64,000 nucleotides of DNA from Octopus vulgaris. Lineage: Eukaryota. The translations under genes were made by a program, and so were the position numbers. The notes below the pieces were generated by a model. It saw only the letters and a program-made list of their open reading frames with translations, was not told the origin of the DNA and ran no database searches. Positions 52,933-64,000 of this stretch are shown one piece after another (positions within the stretch are counted from its first letter, which is position 1; every line of letters starts with the position of its first letter). The DNA is taken from contig OX597818.1 of assembly GCA_951406725.2 (NCBI GenBank), forward strand, positions 18,972,001 through 19,036,000, in the 5' to 3' direction.

Positions 52933-53320
52933 GGTGGAAGCACACCGTCGGTTACGACGACGAGGGTTCCGGTTGATCGAAATCAACGGAACAGCCTGCT
53001 CGTGAAATTAACGTGTAAGTGGCTGAGCACTCCACAGACACGTGTACCCTTAACGTAGTTCTCGGGGATATTCAGCGTGACACAGAGAGTGACAAGGCCG
53101 GCCCTTTGAAATACAGGTACAACAGAAATAGGAAGTAAGAGTGAGAGAAAGTTGTGGTGAAAGAGTACAGCAGGGATCACCACCATCCCCTGCCGGAGCC
53201 TCGTGGAGCTTTAGGTGTTTTCGCTCAATAAACACTCACAACGCCCGGTCTGGGAATCGAAACCGCGATCCTATGACCGCGAGTCCGCTGCCCTAACCAC
53301 TGGGCCATTGCGCCTCTACG
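52933..53320 (-). mobile_element. SINE family C full copy with 11-bp TSD
   Basis: TACTACAAACT at 52922-52932 and 53321-53331. Nearly identical to 14574-14920, which has two small internal deletions. Confidence 0.92.
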
Positions 53321-53492
53321 TACTACAAACTACAGTGTATCCAATGTAACTCTCTTTGTTGTAAGAAGCAGAGCGCTATTGGAGGCATATTTGAAGGCTA
53401 TTTCTGATAAGCCGGGCGTCAGCGTACTAGAGGGTGATGAAAAGTTCCTGGCTTTGGGTAAAAGAAAATACAGGAGGCTCACTTAATTACGA

Positions 53493-53578
<86 letters not shown>

Positions 53579-53835
53579 CGTGCTTGTGTGTGTGTGTAGT
53601 CATAGCAGACACAGCTCTCTTAGCAAAGCCGAAGCAATAATTTCACTAATTTCTAGTTGCAGATTTATAATCTCACGAGACTAACAAATATCTCAAATAT
53701 ATATATGAAGAAAGAGAGAGTGAGAGAGAGACAGAGAGACAGAGAGAGAAAGAGACAGACAGACAGACAGACAGACGGAAGGGCAGGGAGAGAGACAAAG
53801 AGCTATATATATATTCGCTATTCCGTTATTTTTTA

Positions 53836-54037
53836 TTTGTTTCAGTAATTTGATTGCGGCCATGCTGGAGCACCGCTTTTAGTCGAAGAAATGAAACCCA
53901 GGACTTATTCTTTGTAAGACAAGTACTTATTCTACCAGTCTCTTTTGCCGAACCGCTAAGTTACGGGAACGTAAATACATCAACATCGGTTGTCAAACGA
54001 TGTTGGGGGGACAAACACAGATACGCAAACATATATA

Positions 54038-54094
<57 letters not shown>

Positions 54095-54703
54095 GACGGG
54101 CTTCTTTCAGTTTCCGTCTACCAAAGCCACTCACAAAGCTTTGATCTACCCGAGGCTATAGTAAAAGACACTTGACCAAGATGTCACGCAGTGAGACTAA
54201 ACCCGGAGCCATGTGGTTGGTAAGCAAGCTTCTTACCAGACTTTTCAGACGCAGATCCATGGCCTCCCGAGACTAACAGGTGTCTCTAATACACACGTAC
54301 ATATGTACTTACACACATACATACGTATGTATGTATGTATGTATGTATGTATGTATGTATGTATGTATGTATGTATGTATGTATGTATGGACGGATGGAC
54401 GGATGGATGGATGGATTATGTATGTATGTATATGTACGGATGTATATGTACATACTTCTTTTGCTTCAGTCATTAGACTGCCTCCATACTGGAGCACCGC
54501 CTTGTAAAATTTTAGTCAAAGAGATCGACCCCAGTATTTTTGATTTAAACCCTAGTACTTATTCTATCGGTCTGGTTTGTCGAACAGCTAAGATACGGGA
54601 AGGTAAACACACCAACAACGGTTGTCAAACCGTGATGGTGAGACAAACAGAGACACAAACACACACACGCGCGCGCGCACTCACGCAAGACAGACAGACA
54701 GAC

Positions 54704-54748
<45 letters not shown>

Positions 54749-54751
54749 GGC

Positions 54752-54823
<72 letters not shown>

Positions 54824-54826
54824 AGG

Positions 54827-54866
<40 letters not shown>

Positions 54867-54877
54867 TAGATAGATAT

Positions 54878-54941
<64 letters not shown>

Positions 54942-55100
54942 CTATTTAATTCTGTCCCTTTGAACATAGTAATTATTATTTAAACCCTGGTACTTATACT
55001 TTAGTTTTCGTTGTCGAACCGCTAAGATACGGGGACGTAAACACACCAACGCCGGTTGTCAAGTTGTGGTGGTGGTGGTGAGACAAACACAGACACAAGG
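53836..55100 (-). mobile_element. Cluster of SINE family B copies (53836-54238, 54457-54660, 54983-55100) with (GATA/GACA)n expansions
   Basis: Repeated TACTTATTCTA.C.GTCT...GAACCGCTAAG.TACGGG...GGTTGTCAA. Confidence 0.8.
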
Positions 55101-55154
55101 ACACACACACACACGCACACACACCGATTGATAAATAGACAGACAGACAGATGA

Positions 55155-55191
<37 letters not shown>

Positions 55192-55722
55192 TAGATTGAC
55201 CGATAGATATTTAGCTCTGTTCCGTTGATAATGGTTGCCATTTTACACTTAATGGAATAACATAAAGCCTGCTAAATATGTTTCTTGAACAGCCATTGGT
55301 CGAAATATAAACGAAGTCTTCTTTTCTGCAAAGCGCTTAATTATATTTTGTAGGTTTCTGCTTTTGTGCTTCCGTTCTTTCATTCTTTGATCCTTTGATC
55401 TATGGACCTTATCCTCAAGCGCTAACGAAGAATCCGTCTCGGATTAAATTTGAATTTATTTTATTGTTACACCAATCAAATTACCGCTGTGTACCTTTAG
55501 TTTTACCAACTATATTGAAATTTGAATTCGTTTCTTAGTGTTTGTTGTCTTGTGTAAATTTGAAATTCTTTATTTTTACATTTAAAAGCAGGTACGCGTA
55601 TCTAGGATGCTCTCTCGAAACGACTAGTGCACATGCGCACAGCTACACACGTAAACTTACATGCACAAGCACCCACGCAGACACACAGGCAGTCCCCCCA
55701 CACACACACACACGTACATACA

Positions 55723-55756
<34 letters not shown>

Positions 55757-55794
55757 CATACATACATATATACATACATACGAATATATATACA

Positions 55795-56173
55795 CAGGAG
55801 TGGCTGTGTGGTAAAAAGCTTGCTTACCAACCACATGGTTCTGGGTTCAATCCCATTTGTGACACCTTGGGTATCTTCTACTATAGCCTCAGGGCGACCA
55901 AAGCCTTGTGAGTGGATTTTGGTAGAGTGAAACTGAAAGAAGCCCGTCCTATATATATATGTATATGTATGTGTTTGTCTTTTCCCCCATCATCGCTTGA
56001 CAACCGATGTTGGTGTGTTTGCGTCCCCGTAACTTAGCGGTTCGGCAAAACGTGTGCGATAGAATAAGTACTAGACTTACAAAGAATAAGTCCTGGGGTC
56101 AATTTATTCGACTAAAGGTGGTACTCCAGCATGGCCGCAGTGAAATGACTGAAACAAGTAAAAGAGTAAAAGA
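55795..56173 (+). mobile_element. SINE family B full copy
   Basis: AGGAGTGGCTGTGTGGTAA...GGTTCAATCCC...GAAACAAGTAAAAGAGTAAAAGA. Confidence 0.9.
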
Positions 56174-56207
56174 GATATAAAGTCATAGATATCGAGAGAA
56201 ATATAGC

Positions 56208-57757
56208 ATGATAAAATTTATTTAACCATTGGAAATTCTTATTTCACAACAATTGTTTCGCAACTTAAAGATGCATTGATAATTTATTTTATAATATTTT
56301 ATAACGAGTAAATTACTTACACGTCTGCATTAATATAACCAATGTTTAAATTAATACAGATATTGAGCGAGCTCATCGGGTGAAAATGAAGCCATGTTCA
56401 ACAATAATCCCTCGACATAAGGTTTCAAGAACGCAAAGTCAGTATTTTAAAAAAAAAAAACTTTAAAAATATGGAAGACAATAATAATAAAATTAATAGA
56501 AATTAATAAAACAGCTTTCTAAAGGAGGGAAGTGAAATTTAGTTAGTTAATTAAAACGGAACTAGAAGAAAATATTGGTATAAGAAAAGGAAAGTGATGC
56601 ATTTATCATTAATAACCTAGTTAATAAAAGATCGTAAAGATAGAGAAAGACTGTTAACAAAGTGAAACTAGATAAAAGTTCAAGAAAACAATGCTAACGA
56701 AATATAGAGATTGATAGCAACGTGAGAAATATGAACAATATTAAATTTAAAATTAGAAATTTAAAGATATAAGTAAATATTTAAGAAAAGAATCTTACAA
56801 AGAATGGAATAAGAATAAAATTAATTGAAATTGACAAGATGGTTTTTTAAGAGACGGGAAATTTAACAAGATAGTAAAAAGTAACTTGTAAAATAATTTT
56901 GGTACAAGAAAAACAAAAACATATATTTACCGTTAATAACAGAAAATAAAAGATCGTAAAGAAACAGAAAAAGTAGTAACAACGTGAAACTAAATAAAAG
57001 TTCAAATAGACAAAGTTTACGAGATATAGGGGTTGATGTCAACAAGAAAAGTATGAACAACATTAAGTTAAAGATTCGAGGTTCAAATATATAAGTAGAG
57101 AATAGGTTATTATAAAGGATAAGAGTAATATAATTCAGTATTGTAGATGGGGATAGATTAAAGTATATGAGGTAAATACATGGAAAAACGATATTGATAA
57201 GCATTCGTTGAAATATCATTTGAAAACCCGTACTTATTGTTATAATACAGCTAGATATAATAAAAATATTATTACACATAAATGTCCTATAAACATTGTT
57301 ATTATGCAAATAAGTTCAAATTTCGAATTGCCATTATATTCAAGGTAGCCGAATTGACTCTATAAATAGTTAAATATTATTATCCGGGGTGTAAGTAATT
57401 ATAATCATTAAGTAAAATAAAGGCAATAGAAAAATAAGTATACATACACACATGCATACATACAAAACACATATGCATACACACATATACATATATATAT
57501 ATATCACGTGATCACGTGACCGACCAGACCATCAGATGTTGTTACACATCGCTGGTCACAATGCATATATATACACACATGCAAGATCATACACAAATAT
57601 GTACATATAAATATATACATACACCTTATATTATTGAAATCATTATATACAGACACACGTATATACATATATCGATACGCATACATATATATGTACACGT
57701 TAATACCGACATATGTTCACACATGCACAAGTACAAGCGCAAGAATGTAGATGCATA

Positions 57758-57803
<46 letters not shown>

Positions 57804-57825
57804 CATACATACATACATACATACA

Positions 57826-57859
<34 letters not shown>

Positions 57860-58100
57860 CACAGACACTTTTGCACACTCATATACACGAAAGCATCGAT
57901 ATATAGATATGTATAAGTACATTTCTTCTCATCCGATTAGCTAGCTTAATATCTTCATTAATTTACATATTGTTTATATTAATGCAAACATGCAAGTAAT
58001 TTACTTATAAAATATAATAACATAAATTATCTCTGCATGTTTTAAGTTCCGAAACAATTGGTGTGGTATAAGAATTTCCAATGGTTAAATAAATTTTATC
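56208..58100. mobile_element. Inverted pLTR pair (about 56208-56385 and 57927-58100) with very long stem II hammerhead motifs
   Basis: Left copy on the minus strand: TTTCAC-CCGATGA-GCTCGCTCAA...(~113 nt)...TTAAGTTGC-GAAA-C-AATT-G-TT-GTGAAA. Right copy on the plus strand: CCGATTA at 57933 and GAAACAATTG at 58051. The arms are diverged reverse complements. Confidence 0.65.
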
Positions 58101-58253
58101 GCACAATACTTTTCTCGTCACTTATAACTTTATGCACTCCTTGTCGTTTTCTCTTGCATCATACTATATATTCTATGTTTTGTGAAATAATACATTAAGG
58201 AACTTTTATATGAGTAGTTGAATGCATATAATATGACTTAAATTTATATATGG

Positions 58254-58286
<33 letters not shown>

Positions 58287-58340
58287 GTTAGACATGGCCT
58301 GGGCCAAAACTGGCCAAAAATCTTTCTAAGTTATTCTAAG

Positions 58341-58382
<42 letters not shown>

Positions 58383-59151
58383 ATATCATATATATATATA
58401 TTTGTATATCATATATATACATATATGATATATCTTATGTGTATAGTTATTGAATGAATGACAAGCGAACAAGAATATATATATATAGATATTCCTACAT
58501 AAGCTTTGATGCATAATATTTAGTTGTCCATTGACATGTTTATTGATACCGATTATCGAACTGATATGCTTTCTCTAAGGAATTTTACAGCTATAAATAT
58601 TCTATTGTATGCTTAAACTTACATAATTCCCTGTAGAATTAATTCTTTTGCTTTATGGCATGTTACTCACTTTTCTCATGTTGGCTCATTGTTGAATCCA
58701 ATCCATTAGTTGATTACTTATGCACATGCAGCATATTTATTGAATACAAACTAAGACGGCACCTATTGGATTGGTTTTACTGAATCTGAATTAGAAGAAA
58801 CTAAGTCAAAATTACAACCCTTTGTGAAATACTCATTTCTCCTTTTGGTATACTTATCTATGTATTAATACAATACTACGAAGCTATCTACTTTTTCTGT
58901 CACGTTAATTGAAGTAACTCAAATGGGAGAGAAAAAGACAAATTCAGAGGGAAAAAATAAGAATAAATAAAAGATATGATAACGGTGGAGGTTCTTGTCG
59001 GTAAATATCTGCACAAAGCTGGATTCTGTAAAAGAAACCCAAGGAGGAATTGCATTAGATTAGATAGCATGTTAGGCCTACCATGCAAATTTATGCGCTT
59101 AATTGCTGTTTTATTTTGTTGGTTTCCTTACTCCAGGGAGTGTCTTAATAT

Positions 59152-59371
59152 ATGGGCACATGGGATAGTTGCTCGAAGCGGCAATTGATATTCTACCCGC
59201 ATGTAATTCTATTAAGACAATTAATACATGGGTACATGAGACAGTTGCTCGAGGCGGCAATTGATCTTCTACCGACGTGTAATTCAATTTAGACAATAAA
59301 TACATGGGCACATGGGACAGTTGCACGAGCCGACAATTGATCTACTAGCATGTATTTCTATTAAGACAATT
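59152..59371. repeat. Minisatellite, about 3 copies of 76 bp
   Basis: ATGGG(C/T)ACATG(G/A)GA(T/C)AGTTGC.CGA.. starts at 59152, 59228 and 59304. Confidence 0.9.
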
Positions 59372-61065
59372 TTGTTATAGAAGTTAATGCATTGTGTCAC
59401 ACATAAAGAATTAGATGCAATGATTCGCCTAATCCTTCTTTTCTTTTATATGCTGCTTCTTTATTGAAATATACAATTTCTATATTTTTTGTTATTGTTG
59501 ATTAATTTGTTTCACCTACACCCCAGATAGGACAGCAAAAACATTGCCTCGAAGAGCTAACGATATTCGCAGCAACAACAGCTGCTTGTTTGCTCTAAGG
59601 ATTTCTCCCCCTAGACGCAACGTCTTCATCCTAATTTGACGTATAATTGTTTTTTGTTTTTTTTTCTAGGGAAGAGACATTTGACGTTAATGTTATATGA
59701 TAAAGTCAATCAATATTATATTAATATGGAAGATATTATAAAGTCAATCGATATTATATTAATATGGAAAATATCGGGAATATGCTCCATGACCGGATTT
59801 AGTCGGCTAAATAGTATTTTCCTGTAAAAGAAAATGTATGGCGCTTGGTTGTACGATAAATTCAATCAATATTTTTTAGATGGCAGAGAGTATAAGAGTA
59901 TAATAGACAGAGTACTTGGAAAAGAACCCTAATTTTTTTAGTTGGGCTCAAGATCCAAGTTAGAGCTTCGAGACAGATAGCTCACTTGAAATATTTTTTT
60001 TATTAACGGTGTATGTGCATGTGTGCATGTGTGCACGTAGGCGGATATCTACGCAGGTTCCTATGTGCATACATACATATGCATATACACCCTTAGAATA
60101 TATCCGCAAATGTACATACGCTTATATGATTAAGCTTTGATATGTAAGCGTACATAGACATGCGTATAGTGGTACACGTTTGCTTTCACACACACACACA
60201 CACACACACAATTCATGAAATGTTCGCTAACTGATACACATTCTTCTCTAAAAATTCCAGGACTCTGTATTCGCTATTCTTTCCATTCTTCCATGTATAT
60301 ATAATATCATTGAACTTTATCATGTAGCCACAATGTCATGCAACTTTTTTTTCTCGGGTAAACTATTTATTCTACTAACACCGTTTATAGACCATTTTCA
60401 CGGCATTTTCAATATGTATATAATATCGATTAATTCGAGCTTGAATCTACATTAATATAATATTGATTGACTTTATCGCAATAACCTCAGCGCCATGCGA
60501 CTTCTTCCTGGTAAATTATTTACCCGATAAACCGTATCCACGGAAATTTTTCTTGAGATTTTCCATATTTAATATATTTCTATATTCTCTTTTTACATAG
60601 GAAAAGTACTTTACATACGCAGAGTGACTCTGAAACCACTATTATTCTGTATGTTCAATAAGGACGCAGGAACACAACATACTCTCAGTGTCCTAGGCAA
60701 AAAGCCAGTATAAAATTCGAACTCGTTCTAAATGCACATATTAAAGGTATCTTTCGGTGTTTTTAGACTTTTCCAGTGAAGGACTTTATTCGTGTCATTT
60801 TATGTGGGAAGTTATATATACCATCTGTTTCTGTCTCAATCTCCACCTTCCGAAAACCGGTGAAGTGAAACTTGGAGTAACACTTAGCCAAATTTTCAAT
60901 TTACTATAGAGACGGAACAAACGGAAAATTTTCATTTCATGAGCTATCACAAACTAAGGAATTTGTTGTTTTGGTGTTTCAAAGGTAAAACTGCAAGGAG
61001 CTAGTGACTACGAGAAATTCCACCTACACCCGCCCGAAAACTCTATATATTTATATATATTATTA

Positions 61066-61687
61066 ATTTCCTTATTGCCCCCTGGGGACTAAACATAGAG
61101 GGGACAAACAAGAGAATAAGTCGATTATATCGACCCCAGTGCGTAAATGGTACTAATTTCATCGACCACGAAAGGATGAAAGGCAAAGTCGACCTTGGTG
61201 GGATTTGAACTCAGAACGTAAAGACAGACGAAATACCTATTTCTTTACTATCCACAAGGGGCTAAACACAGAGAGGACAAACAAGGACAGACAAACGTAT
61301 TAAGTCGTTTATATCAACCCCAGTGCGTAACTGGTACTTAATTTATCGACCCTGAAAGGATGAAAGGCAAAGTCGACCTCGGCGGAATTTGAACTCAGAA
61401 CGTAACGGCAGACGAAATACCGCTACGCATTTCGCCCGGCGTGCTAACGTTTCTTATTTCTTTATTGCCCACAAGGGGTTAGACATAGAGGGGACAAACA
61501 AGGACAGACAAACGGATTAAGTCGATTACATCGACCCAGTGGGTAACTGGTACTTAATTTATCGACCCCGAAAGGATGAAAGGCAAAGTCGACCTCGGCG
61601 GAATTTGAACTCAGAACGTAGCGGCAGACGAAATACCACTAGGCATTTCGCCCGGCGTGCTAACGTTTCTGCCAGCTCACCGCCTTA
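61066..61687 (-). mobile_element. Head-to-tail trimer of a SINE family A variant
   Basis: Three units of about 170-230 bp share GAAAGGATGAAAGGCAAAGTCGACCT..G.GG.ATTTGAACTCAGAACGTA. Only the rightmost has the full head. Confidence 0.9.
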
Positions 61688-61768
61688 AATATATTATTGT
61701 GTACTTACTCGTAAGAGCAAGACTTAAATAGATAATGTATTCACATACTTATATACAGCGAAATACAC

Positions 61769-61821
<53 letters not shown>

Positions 61822-61893
61822 TACATACATACATACATACATACATACATACATACATACATACATACATACATACATACATACATACATACA

Positions 61894-62648
61894 TACGAGG
61901 GTGAGCTGAAAAGTTCATAGCCTGACAATGATGGAGTAATGCTAGAGCTGTGAAATCTTGCAGGCATTAATTTCAAACCTTCTTATTATTAACTGCATTG
62001 TTTCTTTCAAGGTAAAGTGACATGTAACTGTTCAAAGATGACTTCAGAAGTAACTAGTAGCAACTTCTCTTGAAAATGGACAACATTTGGCAACATGGTG
62101 CTGCGAAGTATCTGCAGGAAAAGGATTTAGCTCCCAACGGCATTCATGCTGACATCGCTGCTAGATTAGAGAATGCCGCTCTAGATTCATCAACAGAGCA
62201 AATATGGGGCAGCTGAATTTAGGAGGAGAAGGTCATCTTAAAGATGACCTAAGGTCTGGATGTCCTGCAACCGCCATTCGCGAGGGAAACATTGATCGTA
62301 TTCACCGCATGATGATGGGTGACAGGCGATTTACTATAAATCAATAACAAATGTCATTACTATATCCCGTGAGAGAGTTGATAATATTCCGAACAATGAA
62401 CCTGGCGTGACGAAAATTTATGGTCTGCGGGTGCCTCATCTTCTGACACCTGATCAAAAGCACACCAGCCTGATAACATCACGAGAAAATCTGACATTTT
62501 TGGAATCAGATCCAGCTGGTTTCTTTGGCTGTTTCCTAACCCACGATTAGTGTTGGATTAATCACTTTGAGTCAGAGACAAAGAGACAATCCATGCAGTG
62601 GCAACACCCTTCCTCACCAGCTCTAAAGAAGGCCAAGATCGTTTCATG
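61894..62648 (+). pseudogene. mariner transposon 5' half (TIR plus decayed transposase)
   Basis: TA-CGAGGGTGAGCTGAAAAGTTC TIR, ATG at 62076, then DDLRSGCP, RVPHLLTPDQK (WVPHEL motif) and FLTHD*CWINHFESETKRQSMQW. A related TIR fragment lies at 53426-53460. Confidence 0.85.
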
Positions 62649-63890
62649 TATGTATGTATAATAAGGGTGGCTTATTCGCAATTTTACAACCGAAAGGCAG
62701 AAGTATAGACGTCACTAAAATGAACAAGGACACTCGTCAGCACCAGGGTTGCTAGAAATAAGAGTCAAAACAACTCATAGCCACGATAAAGCACTTGTCT
62801 TAATGACTGACAAGTCAGGCAAGCTCCCTACAACATCCGAGCATAACTAGATCACTCTTATTATTTATAATTTCCACTTTTACTATTAATGCAATCAGCG
62901 TATGATTTCTACGGTAATCTTATAGATTATATATAAATATATATATATATATAAAACTAATGTAGGATAAAGTTTTTTCCGGGAAAAAAATTTATCAATG
63001 GCCAGCATATCAAAAAATTCCTTTAAAGGTTAAATTTATAAATAATTTACAAAATAACATAAACACGATTAAACAAGCGATTTAGTCTATCCTAGCCGAC
63101 TGTCCTTGTTTGTCCTGTGTTTAGCCCCTTGTGGGTAGTAAAGAAATATGTATTGGTTTTTAATTATATTAACGAGTAGATAACCCGCGCCGCACATAAC
63201 AGCATTTCTATTTACTTATTTATATGTTTATTATACCTCTTACGTAACCCAAATTTATACCCTATATCGCACTTAAACTTTTAAGAGCACCCTTAATTTT
63301 TTTATAAGGGCATTATTTGTTATCATAGAGGCTTATTTCGCGTTTCAAACAGCGTTATCTATTACAATTAACGACACCGGATATTACTACCAGGTATAAT
63401 GGCGGTGCCCCAGCATGGCCACAGCTCATGAGCTGAAACTAGAATCAATCAATCAATCATAACTTTTTCGGTTAAAACCGCCGGGCAACTAGCCATTTTC
63501 CCCACTTACTTCTCCCTTCATCTAATTGAAGAAATGTACACACATGTGGAACATAAAGGACACAAAAATGTAAGCCTAAAGACTTTACGAACTTTTTTCC
63601 CTTTTTCTTTTCCTTTTCCTTTTTTCTCCTGTCTATATGCCTCCGATAAACTCTAAATCATTCTGACGATGTTTGTTAAACGGAATGAGATAAATGCAAC
63701 TTTAATTCAAAAATAACAAACTGAAACAGTTGCTAATATTTTTAACTACAATTTTAATACCAATGATGACCTTTTAATACCAATTATCAACTTCTAATTG
63801 TTAATTGTTGCTCCATTTCTTTTCTTTTCGTGTTGTCATGTTATTATCATTAATTAATATATATACATCTACGTACATATATATGCACAT

Positions 63891-63945
<55 letters not shown>

Positions 63946-63950
<5 letters not shown>

Positions 63951-64000
63951 TAATCCGAACAAGAAAGCACAAAAAAACACTACAACGCGAGGACGTGGAA
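63946..64000 (-). mobile_element. 3' terminus of another Neptune-like pLTR running off the window
   Basis: AAAGTTAATCC.AACA.GAAA.CACAAA...ACAACGCGAGGACGTGG is the reverse complement of 2392-2447 and abuts (TA)n. Confidence 0.75.

Noticed and set aside
53250-53320. tRNA gene-like sequences with A and B boxes (also 17495, 30500, 43060, 48790)
   Set aside because: These are SINE heads that continue into SINE bodies, and no complete cloverleaf was seen.
59152-59371. CRISPR-like periodic repeat
   Set aside because: Whole units are homologous with no unique spacers, there are no cas genes, and the context is eukaryotic.

Overview
This is repeat-saturated eukaryotic DNA. The SINE families, microsatellite load and TE mix are most consistent with an Octopus (coleoid cephalopod) genome, which is an inference. 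I found no convincing host protein-coding gene, and nearly all ORFs in the track are microsatellite artefacts. Real coding remnants are all from transposable elements: a 5'-truncated Penelope-like element (PLE, Neptune-type, open RT plus GIY-YIG, 43.2-47.6 kb), a second degenerate PLE split by nested insertions (20.1-27.6 kb), an L1/Tx1 LINE (35.6-39.0 kb), two R4/Dong LINE fragments, and Tc1 and mariner relics. There is also a non-autonomous Helitron, MITEs and three tRNA-derived SINE families. Two patterns stand out. First, about a dozen minimal type I hammerhead ribozyme motifs, intact or with point changes, sit in short (TA)n-embedded PLE terminal-repeat modules that are often inverted pairs, and several have a greatly extended stem II. 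Second, different retroelements each occupy a different microsatellite: PLEs in (TA)n, Dong and a 555-bp element in (AAT)n, Tx1 in (ATCT)n, and a 548-bp element in (ATGT)n. All calls were made by eye, so boundaries may be off by some tens of bases.
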